From an uncultured Planctomycetota bacterium (GTDB lineage Bacteria > Planctomycetota > JACQVV01 > CAZANL01): a DNA stretch of 13,403 nucleotides. Numbering within the stretch: the stretch's first letter is position 1; every line of letters begins with the position of its first letter. Shown here one piece after another: positions 1 to 7,916 of the stretch. Where the stretch lies: contig CAZMLI010000093.1 in the NCBI GenBank assembly GCA_964566865.1, forward strand, positions 1 through 13,403, read 5' to 3'. The notes beneath the pieces were generated by a model that made no database searches, was not told where the DNA came from, and saw nothing but the letters and a program-made list of their open reading frames with translations. Both the position numbers and the translations under genes were made by a program.

Positions 1-50
1 AGGGATTGTCACGACAAACATATGACGTTCACTTGCATCGTGCAAGTGAA

Positions 51-2222
51 TTACTCGAGCAGTCGCTCGCGCGCTTCGAGCAGCGCCTCCTTGGCCGCGG
101 GGTCCTTCTCGATGTCGTAGGCGGTCTTCAGCGCCTTGCGCACCGAGCCATCGCCCAGCAACCCGAGCGCGCGCGCGGCGGCCTGCCGGGTCTCGGGCAA
201 CCCGTGGCGCAGCAACTTGACCAGCGCCGGCACCGCAGAGCTGGCCTTGATCTTGACCAGGGCGAAGGCCGCCAGGCTGGCGATCTGCTTGTCCCCCATC
301 GCGGCCAGCAGCGGTTTGATCGCGCGCTTTTCCTTGCGCCGGGCGAGGTCGTAGCAGGCCTTGATGCGCACCCCGAGATCCTCGTTGCGCAGCCGCTCGA
401 CCGTCACATCGAAGGCGCTCTTGCGCTTGTTCGAGCCGCCGTTCATCATCTGCTCGATCTTCTTGTGGTGCTGCCTGACGGTCTTCTGCAGGTTGGCCAG
501 CCTGCCGCCGAGTCCCTTGCTGCCGATCTTGTAGATGCTCATCAGCCCGCTGTCGTACATGTGTGAGGTGGCCTTGGAGGCCTCCACCCCGCAGTGCGGA
601 TCCCAGAACAACTGATTGAGCCGCTTGAAGGCCGCGGCCACCGGCACCAGCACACAGTAGGCCACCGCGGCGCAGCGAAGTTCGTGGTCCTCGTTATGCA
701 GCAGCTTGACCAGCGCCTCGTCGAACGGGCGCGGCTGCTTGATGTGCGGCATGATCTTCAGCAGCGAGAGCTGCAGCGCCTTGGGACCCTCGCTCAGGTA
801 GCCGGCCAGGTTCGGCACCAGCGCGGGCGCCAGCTCGAGCCGCACCAGCGGAATCTGCAGGTGCTTTTTCAGATGCTCGACCAGCTGCAGCTTGAGCGCC
901 TTGTCGGCCTTCGGCCCCGAGACCTTGAGGATGATGGGCAGAACCCGGGCGCGCTCCTGGTCATCGAACTGGTCGGTATGATAGCCCGCCAGCAGCGCGC
1001 CGAACGAGGCCTGCCGCGTCGCGGGAGTGGCCAGCCCCTCCTCCAGCGCGTCGATCTTGTCCGGGCCGAGCTGGCTGACGATCAGAATCGCGATCAACGA
1101 GACGACCAGCGTGCCGCCACAGATCAGCGCAGCCAGCTTGTTCTTGCGCAGCTTGCGCTTCCAGCGGTCCAGCTTGCTCGGCGGGCGGGCGACGATCGGC
1201 TCGCCCAGCAGGAAGTTGCTGATGTCCATCGCCATCGCCTTGGCGCTGGGGTAGCGCGCCCCGGGCTCCTTGGCCATTGCCTTGAAGACGATCGCGACCA
1301 GATCCGGGTGCATGTCCCGCTGAAACTCGCGCGGGTCCTTGGGGTCGCTGTGCACCACCTTGTAGACCGTCTGCAGCGCGGTCTTGCCCTCGAACGGCGC
1401 GTGGCCGGTCAAGACGTTGTAGAGAATCGCGCCCAGCGAATAGATGTCGGTCGGCGGGCCGAGCTCCAGCGCCTCGGCCTGCTCGGGCGACATGTAGGAC
1501 GGCGTCCCGACGATCTGCCCCTCGATCGACAGCAGGCTGTCGGTGTTCGTATCCTTGGCCAGTCCGAAGTCGAGCAGCTTGAGCACACCGGCCTTGGTCA
1601 CGACCATGTTCGACGGCTTCAGATCGCGATGCAGGATGTTCTCGCTGTGGGCATATTCAATCGCCAGGCAGGCGTCGCGCACCAGCGCCAGCCGCTCATG
1701 AATCGTCACCACGCCGAGCTTCAGATACTCGTCGAGCGGGTGCCCGTCGACGTAGTCCATCGTGAAGAACGGGTTATCCTTGTACTCGCCATAGCCGTGC
1801 ACCGCGACGATGTTGGGATGCGACAGCTTGCCCATCGCCTTGACCTCGCGCTTGAGGCGGCTGATGAAGCGGGGGTCGTCGCGCGCCTCCGGCAGCAACA
1901 TCTTGATCGCCACCGTTCGCTCGATGCCCTCCTGGAAGCCCTTGTACACCACGCCCATGCCGCCCTTGGCAATCACCGAATCGATGCGGTACTTGCCCCA
2001 CTTGATCGGAAGTTTCTTCGCCCCGTCGCCTTGCAGCGGGGTGTCCGAGGCCGGCTGGGCCTGACGCTGCGACTTGCCCATGGCGCCGCTGACCAGCGTG
2101 ATCTCCGAGGAGATATCCGGCGGCGCGAGGTCGCTCATGTCCTCCGGGCAGACATAGCGCCGCTTGTGATCGTAGTTCTTGAAGGCGAAGGTCTTGCCAC
2201 AGGTGCTGCAGGTTAGTTTCAT
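51..2222 (-). CDS. Membrane-anchored Hanks-type Ser/Thr protein kinase (about 723 aa): N-terminal Cys3His zinc-ribbon-like motif, kinase domain, one TM helix, C-terminal HEAT/PBS-lyase-like repeat domain
   Basis: The track ORF 51..2642(-) reads through the true start. I take the start as the ATG at 2222 (MKLTCSTCGKTFAFKNYDHKRRYVCPED), preceded by AGGTGG. Kinase motifs are GKYRIDSVIAKGGMGVVYKG, VAIK, HRDLKPSNMVV, DFGLAKD and GTPSYMSPE. A TM segment LAALICGGTLVVSLIAILIVS follows a K/R-rich stretch. C-terminal repeats of the type ...AIKPLLAAMGD...AAFALVKI...VPALVKLL...AARALGLLGD are typical HEAT_2/PBS-lyase repeats. The stop is TAA at 51-53. Confidence 0.85.
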   Translation of the reverse strand: MKLTCSTCGKTFAFKNYDHKRRYVCPEDMSDLAPPDISSEITLVSGAMGKSQRQAQPASDTPLQGDGAKKLPIKWGKYRIDSVIAKGGMGVVYKGFQEGIERTVAIKMLLPEARDDPRFISRLKREVKAMGKLSHPNIVAVHGYGEYKDNPFFTMDYVDGHPLDEYLKLGVVTIHERLALVRDACLAIEYAHSENILHRDLKPSNMVVTKAGVLKLLDFGLAKDTNTDSLLSIEGQIVGTPSYMSPEQAEALELGPPTDIYSLGAILYNVLTGHAPFEGKTALQTVYKVVHSDPKDPREFQRDMHPDLVAIVFKAMAKEPGARYPSAKAMAMDISNFLLGEPIVARPPSKLDRWKRKLRKNKLAALICGGTLVVSLIAILIVSQLGPDKIDALEEGLATPATRQASFGALLAGYHTDQFDDQERARVLPIILKVSGPKADKALKLQLVEHLKKHLQIPLVRLELAPALVPNLAGYLSEGPKALQLSLLKIMPHIKQPRPFDEALVKLLHNEDHELRCAAVAYCVLVPVAAAFKRLNQLFWDPHCGVEASKATSHMYDSGLMSIYKIGSKGLGGRLANLQKTVRQHHKKIEQMMNGGSNKRKSAFDVTVERLRNEDLGVRIKACYDLARRKEKRAIKPLLAAMGDKQIASLAAFALVKIKASSAVPALVKLLRHGLPETRQAAARALGLLGDGSVRKALKTAYDIEKDPAAKEALLEARERLLE

Positions 2223-2258
2223 CCCACCTGAGAGTATAGCGTACAATCGATCCGCGCG

Positions 2259-5200
2259 ATGACCGAACCATGCCCTCTGACCGCGGCGGAGATGTCTCTG
2301 ATCGGGACATTGCGACTTCCGCCGGATGCGCTCAACCGGGCACTGGCGCTGCGCCGCGAGTATCCGGACCTGCGACGGGCACTGCTCGAGTCGGGCGCGA
2401 TCGGGCCCCACGAACTGCTCGCCGCCCTGACCGCGGCCGGCGTCGCCATCCAGATCGGCCGCTACAAGCTGCTGCGCGAGATTGCCCGCGGCGCGATGGG
2501 CACCGTGCATCTCGCGTTCGACCACGATCTCGACCGGGTCGTTGCGCTCAAGGTGCTCGACAACGTGCAGGACGTCCCCCGCTTCGAGCGCGAAGCCAGG
2601 CTGGCCGCCCGGCTGACGCACGCCCATATCATCCGGATCCACGAGGTGGGCGATTCACCCTGCCACTACATCGCGATGGCCTACATCGACGGCCCCACCC
2701 TGGAGCAGGCGATGCCGGACCTGTCGCAGGAGCGCAAGCTGGCGCTGCTGATCCAGATCGCCGAGGCGGTGGGCCATGGACACAGCAAGGGCGTGATCCA
2801 CCGCGACCTCAAGCCGGCCAACGTGCTGATCGACGAGTTCGAGCGGGCCGTGGTCACCGACTTCGGCCTGGCGCGCGACTACCAGACACAGGACCAGACC
2901 CAGCTGACCGCCACCGGCAGCATCCTGGGCACGCTGGCCTACATGTCGCCCGAGCAGGTTCGCGGAAAGACGGTGGGCCCGACCGCCGACGTCTGGGCTC
3001 TGGGCGTGATTCTCTACGAGATGTTGATGGGCGAGCGCCCGTTTCAGGTTGGCCGGGACCAGTCGATCTACGAGCAGATCCTCGAGAGCGATACCGATCC
3101 GCCCGACGCGCCGCAGGCCCTGCAGCGGATCGTCAGCAAGGCGCTCGACAAGGATCCCGCACGACGCTACGCCGACGGCGCGGCCTTCGCCAAGGCGCTC
3201 CACCAGTTTCAGCAGGGCGGAGCCGTCGAGCATCTGCCGCGCCACTGGCCGTGGATCGCTGCAACCGCGCTGCTGACATTGATCGCATTCGGCGCCTGGC
3301 GCAGGACACGCCCGACGGTTGTCAGCAAGCCGCGGGTTCAGCAGCCGGCGCCGAACGACCAACCGGACCTGGCCCTGCAACAGGAAGCAGAGCGGCGCCG
3401 GCAGGAGCTGGCCGCTTTCCGCCGACTGGTGGTCGAGACCCGCGCCAGTTTCTACGTCGGCCGCACGGACATCCGGGCTCGAATTACAGAACTGACCCGC
3501 GCGCTCAAACTCTGGGACCAGACCGACAGGCGCAAGCAGGACGACGTCTCCGCTCTCTGCGGCATCGGCTGGTACCTCACCGGCCAACCAGGCAAGGCGG
3601 AGCCCTGCCTGCTCGAGGCCCTGCGGCGAAATCCCGAAGACGGCTGGGTCAACCAGACGCTCGGCCGGATCCAGCTCGAGCGCGCGCTCGCCGCGCTGCT
3701 GACCAACGGTCAGGCCGAGGCGCTGCCGCTGACCGGCCGCTGGAGCAGCAAGGCCATGCAGTATCTCGGCCGTGGTAATCAGTGGCCGGACGAGCGCAAG
3801 ATCGAGCGCCACATCGCGCGAGCCTACCACGCGCTGGGCAGGAGCCGGTTCACCGAGCTGCGCCGGCTGTGTCAACAGGGCCTGGCGCGCCATCGCGGAC
3901 CGGGCACGGAGGAGTTCTGGTTCTTGCTTGGCTGGTTGCAGCCTTACAAGCAGCGCATCGTCTCCTGGAACAAGGCACTCGCGCTGCGCCCGCACTATCC
4001 CTGGCTCTCTTACGCCCGCGGCATGTCGCGCTTTCACGCGGGCAAGTTGCAGCTGGCGGCGCAGGACTTCGAGGCCGTCCTGCGGATGCATCCCCGCATG
4101 GCCTGGGGCTACCTCGCGCGCGGGTTGGTGCGCCAGCAGCTCGGGGACGGGCTCCGAGCACTCGATGATTACACCAGCGCGATCGCTCTCGATCACAGCC
4201 TCGTGCTGCCCTACAACAACCGCGGCATCCTCTACCACAACGCCGGTAACTTCACCGCGGCGGTGGCCGACTTCAATCAAGCGCTCAGGCGCGACCCACG
4301 CATGGCCAAGGCCTACAACAACCGGGGCCTGACCTACACCGCGATGGGCAATCCGCTGCGTGCGATCGACGACTTTACCAAGGCGGTCCGGCTGGAGCCC
4401 AGCTATGTCGGCGCCTTCCTCAATCGCGGGGTGGCCCATCGCGCCGCGCGTCAGAAAAAGCAAGCGATCGCGGACTTTGGGGAGGTGATCCGGCTCGATC
4501 CGACCGAGAAGAAGGCCCTGCTCAACCGGGGCGCGCTCTACCTCGAGCTGAATCCACGCCGGTTCAAGGCCGCGCTCGCCGATTTCGACCGCGTGCTGAA
4601 ACTCGACCCGAATTACCTCAAGGCACTCTACAACCGCGCAGTGACCAGACGCGCGATCCGGAACTACCAGGGCGCGCTGACCGACTTCAACCGCCTGATC
4701 AAGCTCGCGCCCATCGCCCATAATCTGGCCCAGCGCGGAATGCTGCTCTGCCTGAGGTTGGGTCAGCACGAGCGGGCAATCGCCGACTTCACCCGCGTGA
4801 TCGCCGCCGATCCAAACCACGTTCAGGCCTACAGCCATCGAGGCATCTCACGACGCGCCCTCAAACGCTTGAAGCCGGCGATCGCCGACTTCTCGCGCGC
4901 GATCGCGCTGAATCCCCGACACGCCAATGCCTACCACAACCGCGCGACGACGCGCACCGAGCTGGGCGATCAGATCGGCGCGATCGCCGACTACACCAGC
5001 GCGCTGGCGATCAACGACCAGCTGGCTTCGACCTACTTCGACCGGGGCACCGCCTACCGCAAGTGCAAGCAGTACCGCAAGGCCGCCGCAGACTACCGGC
5101 AGACCACCATCCTGCAGCCTCACTGGTGGAACAACTGGTTTCACTACGCCGCCCTGCTGGGCACCCTGCAGCGTTTCGAGGAAGCGCTGGCGCCCCTGCG

Positions 5201-5294
5201 CAAGGCCGAGGCGCTGGCCCCTCCCGAGGCCAGGAAGAGCGTGCGCGTATTGATCCGGATGATGCAGGATGCAATCAAGAAGCAGAAGCAGTGA
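2259..5294 (+). CDS. Membrane-anchored Hanks-type Ser/Thr protein kinase with a conserved about 60-aa N-terminal module and a C-terminal array of about 9-10 TPR repeats (1011 aa)
   Basis: ORF 2259..5294. Kinase motifs are IGRYKLLREIARGAMGTVHLA, VALK, HRDLKPANVLI, VTDFGLARD, YMSPEQ, DVWALGVILYEM and DPARRYA. The TM segment is WPWIAATALLTLIAFGAW. There are repeated 34-aa units with the signature AIADF..AI.L.P....AY.NRG. The N-terminal LTAAEMSLIGTL... is conserved with the paralog at 10151, which supports the 2259 start. Confidence 0.9.
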   Translation: MTEPCPLTAAEMSLIGTLRLPPDALNRALALRREYPDLRRALLESGAIGPHELLAALTAAGVAIQIGRYKLLREIARGAMGTVHLAFDHDLDRVVALKVLDNVQDVPRFEREARLAARLTHAHIIRIHEVGDSPCHYIAMAYIDGPTLEQAMPDLSQERKLALLIQIAEAVGHGHSKGVIHRDLKPANVLIDEFERAVVTDFGLARDYQTQDQTQLTATGSILGTLAYMSPEQVRGKTVGPTADVWALGVILYEMLMGERPFQVGRDQSIYEQILESDTDPPDAPQALQRIVSKALDKDPARRYADGAAFAKALHQFQQGGAVEHLPRHWPWIAATALLTLIAFGAWRRTRPTVVSKPRVQQPAPNDQPDLALQQEAERRRQELAAFRRLVVETRASFYVGRTDIRARITELTRALKLWDQTDRRKQDDVSALCGIGWYLTGQPGKAEPCLLEALRRNPEDGWVNQTLGRIQLERALAALLTNGQAEALPLTGRWSSKAMQYLGRGNQWPDERKIERHIARAYHALGRSRFTELRRLCQQGLARHRGPGTEEFWFLLGWLQPYKQRIVSWNKALALRPHYPWLSYARGMSRFHAGKLQLAAQDFEAVLRMHPRMAWGYLARGLVRQQLGDGLRALDDYTSAIALDHSLVLPYNNRGILYHNAGNFTAAVADFNQALRRDPRMAKAYNNRGLTYTAMGNPLRAIDDFTKAVRLEPSYVGAFLNRGVAHRAARQKKQAIADFGEVIRLDPTEKKALLNRGALYLELNPRRFKAALADFDRVLKLDPNYLKALYNRAVTRRAIRNYQGALTDFNRLIKLAPIAHNLAQRGMLLCLRLGQHERAIADFTRVIAADPNHVQAYSHRGISRRALKRLKPAIADFSRAIALNPRHANAYHNRATTRTELGDQIGAIADYTSALAINDQLASTYFDRGTAYRKCKQYRKAAADYRQTTILQPHWWNNWFHYAALLGTLQRFEEALAPLRKAEALAPPEARKSVRVLIRMMQDAIKKQKQ
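4465..4994 (+). repeat. Intragenic DNA-level repeats (GCGATCGC[C/G]GACT[T/A][C/T]) marking recently amplified TPR units
   Basis: Near-identical 15-mers occur at 4465-4479 (gcgatcgcggacttt), 4776-4790 (gcaatcgccgacttc), 4878-4892 (gcgatcgccgacttc) and 4980-4994 (gcgatcgccgactac). The last three are spaced exactly 102 bp apart, which is one 34-codon TPR. Each encodes the AIADF/AIADY motif. Confidence 0.8.
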
Positions 5295-5372
5295 ATCTCC
5301 TTGCAAGTCCGGCCCCGTCCGTTATTCTGCGCTCCTTTGCTAATTGACGCATTGCGTTAGAGGAGTCGGAAG

Positions 5373-6794
5373 ATGGGGCGAACAACTGGAATCCTGACAC
5401 TGCTGCTGCTGGTCTGCGCGCTCGGCTGCGAACCGGGCGAACTCGTCGCCCCGACGATCGATACGCATCCGACCCACAAGACCGCCAACGCCGGACAGAT
5501 CGTCACCCTGCAGGTCGCCGCCAGTGGTTCGGCCAAGCTGCGTTACCAGTGGACCCGGGGTGGCGTCGACATCCCCGGCGCCAGCTACTCGTTCTACATG
5601 AGCCCCGAGCTGACCCTGGCCGACGACGGCGCGCTCTATGCCTGCCGCGTGACCAACAAGGAAGGCAGCGTCACCAGCGGGTCCGCCGTCGTCAGCGTGC
5701 ACGACGCGGTGACGATCAGCCTGCACCGGATCAAGGCCGCCGACGGCTGGACCCTCGGCGTCAAACGCTACCTGCCCAGCGCGGCCATCGCCTCCTACGA
5801 GCCGGTGGTGATGACCCACGGCTTCCTCGAGAGCCACGACGTCTACGACCTGGACAGCACGCACAGCCTGGCCATGTCGGTCGCGCTCGCCGGCTTCGAC
5901 GTCTGGGTGCTCGACCTGCGCGGCAACGGTCTGTCGGCCGGTCCGAAGATCTCCGAGCTGCTCAGCTGGAGCTTCAACATCGACGACTTCATTCACAAGG
6001 ACGCCCCGGCCGTGATCGATCACGTGCTAACGCTGACCGGCAAGTCCCAGGTCTTCTGGGTCGGCCACAGCATGGGTGGACTGGTCGGCTACGCCTACGT
6101 CGAGACCGAGTCGAAGCACAAGATCAAGGGCCTGGTGACGCTCGCCGGCGCCGCCTGGATGGGTGGACCGGCGCAGTTCGATTCCAAGCCGGGCGGCTTC
6201 TTCATGGCGCTCGGCTCCGCGCTCGGCCCCTTCCTGCTGCCGGACTTCCCGGTGCCCGTCGGCTACGCCTGGAAAAAGGGCGCTACCGGCAAGCCCTGGG
6301 CCAAGGCCCTGCACGAATTCCTGCTGACCGACTTCGGCAAGTTCACCTGGTCCACCGAGAACATGGACGCCGCCAGAATCCAGGTCCTGATGGACCGCGC
6401 CGTCGACAATACCAGCGCCAACATGGTGCGCCAGTTCATCGCCTGGACCACCCACGAGGACATCTACACCTACGGCCCCTCGCCCCACGCGCCCCTGTTG
6501 CAAGAGTCCGACTACTACAAGAAACACGGCTTCTACAGCTACAAGGACCACCTCTCGGACATCACCACCCCCGCGCTGCTGATCGCCGGCGAGGTGGACC
6601 AGGTCGTGCCCGCGGCCAACGTGAAGAAGATCTTCGACGCCCTCTCGAGCAGCGACAAGACGTTGAAGATCATCGGCAAGAGTCACGGCCACCCGGTCGA
6701 CGTCGGACACGAGGACATCCTGGCCGGGATCCACTCGCCCGCGCTGGTCTATCCGCTCGTCGTCGAGTGGCTGCTCGCCCGCGCCTCGAAGTAA
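5373..6794 (+). CDS. Lipoprotein: N-terminal Ig-like (I-set-type) domain fused to an acid-lipase-family (gastric/lysosomal lipase-like) alpha/beta hydrolase (473 aa)
   Basis: GAGGAG lies 6 nt upstream of ATG 5373. The signal peptide MGRTTGILTLLLLVCALGC has an ALGC lipobox. The Ig-like signature is YQWTRGG...LTLADDGALYACRVTNKEGSVTSGSAVVSV. The hydrolase region PVVMTHGFLESHDVYDLDSTHSLAMSVALAGFDVWVLDLRGNGLS...FWVGHSMGGLVGYAY...LLIAGEVDQVVP...HGHPVDVGHEDILAG aligns motif-for-motif with human gastric lipase (PVVFLQHGLLAS...[21 protein letters not shown]...HYVGHSQG...AVWNGGNDLLAD...YNHLDFIW). The nucleophile elbow is GHSMG. Confidence 0.85.
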   Translation: MGRTTGILTLLLLVCALGCEPGELVAPTIDTHPTHKTANAGQIVTLQVAASGSAKLRYQWTRGGVDIPGASYSFYMSPELTLADDGALYACRVTNKEGSVTSGSAVVSVHDAVTISLHRIKAADGWTLGVKRYLPSAAIASYEPVVMTHGFLESHDVYDLDSTHSLAMSVALAGFDVWVLDLRGNGLSAGPKISELLSWSFNIDDFIHKDAPAVIDHVLTLTGKSQVFWVGHSMGGLVGYAYVETESKHKIKGLVTLAGAAWMGGPAQFDSKPGGFFMALGSALGPFLLPDFPVPVGYAWKKGATGKPWAKALHEFLLTDFGKFTWSTENMDAARIQVLMDRAVDNTSANMVRQFIAWTTHEDIYTYGPSPHAPLLQESDYYKKHGFYSYKDHLSDITTPALLIAGEVDQVVPAANVKKIFDALSSSDKTLKIIGKSHGHPVDVGHEDILAGIHSPALVYPLVVEWLLARASK

Positions 6795-6810
6795 CCGCAA
6801 ACTAAAACAA

Positions 6811-6866
6811 AGGCCAGGTCCACGCCGACAGTTCGGCAGGTGCCTGGCCCTCGTTCTACGGTTTTT
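6811..6866. terminator. Bidirectional intrinsic-terminator-like nested hairpin between the convergent lipase and amidase genes
   Basis: The outer stem GGCCAGG (6811-6817) pairs with CCTGGCC (6842-6848). It encloses a perfect inner hairpin GCCGA-CAGT-TCGGC (6823-6836). TTTTTT at 6861-6866 follows on the + strand and a T-rich tract (revcomp of ctaaaacaaa, 6801-6810) follows on the - strand. It sits between stop codons at 6792-6794 (+) and 6876-6878 (-). Confidence 0.5.
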
Positions 6867-6875
6867 TCGGGTGTC

Positions 6876-7883
6876 TTACTTGATGCGCGTCACGTATCCG
6901 CCGTGGACCCACTCGGCGCGGTGGTCGTACTGGATCAGCACCCAGGCGCCCGAGCGGGTGATCTCGCGATAGAGCTGTCCTCGGTAGACCGATCCGACGC
7001 GGTTGTTCGAGGCCACCTTGGCGGACCAGCGCGCGTTGAGCCTGGCGGCGGTGACCTTCACCGCTCGCGAGCCGTCGGCGCGGGTGTAGGCGCCCCAGAA
7101 GTAAGCGGTGCGACCGCGCCAGTAGAGACGACGCCAGGAGCCGGTCGTCTTGTCACTGACGTGCACCTTGCCACGCCTGGTCTGGCCCAGCAGCGAACCC
7201 CAGACGCCGGTCCTGACGTTCAAGCGACTGCTGGTCACGGCGCGGGTGGTGACACCGCTCGCCTTGGCGACCGGCTTGGGTGCGGCCTTGGGCGTGACTT
7301 TCGGCGCGGGTTTCGGAGCGGGGGCCGGCTTCGGCGCGGCCACCGGCGGCTTGCCGGTGCGCACGAGGTGGATGAAGTAGTCCCACTTGAAGTGGGGTCC
7401 CGGATCCCAGTGGCTCTGGTTGGGCACTTCCTTGTGGGCGATGATGCGGCTGCGGTCGATCGGGATCTTGTACTTGTCGCAGATGTAGCGGGTCAGCCTG
7501 GCCAGCGACCGGTACTGCGCCTCGGTCCAGAGGTTCTTGCCGGCGTAGCCCTCGTTTTCGATGCCGATCGAACTGGAGTTGTAAGTCCAGTTGCCGGCGT
7601 GCCAGGCGATGTCCTTCTCGCGAATCATCTGCGTGACCGCCCCGGTCTTGCTGACGATGTAGTGCGCGGACACCTTCGAGCCCGGGTTCTTGAACCAGGA
7701 GATCGCACCGGCGGCGCTGCCTTCGATGGTATGGATGATGACGTAGCGGATCGAACGGCTCGATCGCTTGGTGTAGTGCACGCCTTGCGTGTAGCTGGCC
7801 CCCGGATATTCCGAGCCGGCGGTCGCCGACAGCGGCAGGCCGATCAGGCAGGCGATGATCAAGAGTGTTGTTCTGGTCCCCAT
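6876..7883 (-). CDS. Secreted (Sec or lipoprotein signal) N-acetylmuramoyl-L-alanine amidase (Amidase_2/PGRP fold) with a Pro/Ala/Lys-rich linker and two C-terminal SH3b cell-wall-binding domains (335 aa)
   Basis: Only the C-terminal 335 codons of track ORF 6876..9887(-) are real. The ATG at 7883 is preceded by a perfect AAGGAGG (7889-7895, 5-nt spacer). The signal peptide is MGTRTTLLIIACLIGLPLSATAG. Amidase_2 motifs are YVIIHTIEGSAAG, SAHYIVSKTG, AWHAGNW, SIGIENEG and IIAHKEV. The linker is PPVAAPKPAPAPKPAPKVTPKAAPKP. Two SH3b-like units follow (RLNVRTGVWGS...WRRLYWRGRTAYFWGAY and RLNARWSAK...YRGQ...WVLIQYDHRAEWVHGGYV). Confidence 0.9.
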   Translation of the reverse strand: MGTRTTLLIIACLIGLPLSATAGSEYPGASYTQGVHYTKRSSRSIRYVIIHTIEGSAAGAISWFKNPGSKVSAHYIVSKTGAVTQMIREKDIAWHAGNWTYNSSSIGIENEGYAGKNLWTEAQYRSLARLTRYICDKYKIPIDRSRIIAHKEVPNQSHWDPGPHFKWDYFIHLVRTGKPPVAAPKPAPAPKPAPKVTPKAAPKPVAKASGVTTRAVTSSRLNVRTGVWGSLLGQTRRGKVHVSDKTTGSWRRLYWRGRTAYFWGAYTRADGSRAVKVTAARLNARWSAKVASNNRVGSVYRGQLYREITRSGAWVLIQYDHRAEWVHGGYVTRIK

Positions 7884-7916
7884 TTGAGCCTCCTTGGTTA
7901 GGATGCTCAGCCTATG

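Noticed and set aside
6-2216. Plus-strand ORFs 6..566 (186 aa) and 594..2216 (540 aa), antisense to the HEAT-repeat kinase gene
   Set aside because: The translations are R/A/G/L-rich with no motifs. They are fully overlapped by a minus-strand ORF that carries an unambiguous kinase signature. This is the typical shadow ORF of high-GC DNA.
2223-2642. The 140-codon N-terminal extension of track ORF 51..2642(-), MDPDDMGVRQPGG...
   Set aside because: It runs across the divergent intergenic spacer and into the antisense of the 2259 kinase gene. Its composition is junk. The internal ATG at 2222 begins a Cys-containing ribbon motif and has an AGGTGG upstream.
2655-4838. 727-aa minus-strand ORF antisense to the TPR kinase gene, and the plus-strand alternative frame 2270..3778
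   Set aside because: There are no domains, and the composition is R/G/A/P-rich. The sense-strand frame has kinase and TPR motifs throughout.
5340-6805. Alternative-frame and antisense ORFs over the lipase gene (5549..6805 +, 6027..6800 -, 5340..6023 -)
   Set aside because: The R/G/D-rich translations lack motifs. Frame 5373..6794 carries a signal peptide, an Ig-like domain and a complete lipase motif set.
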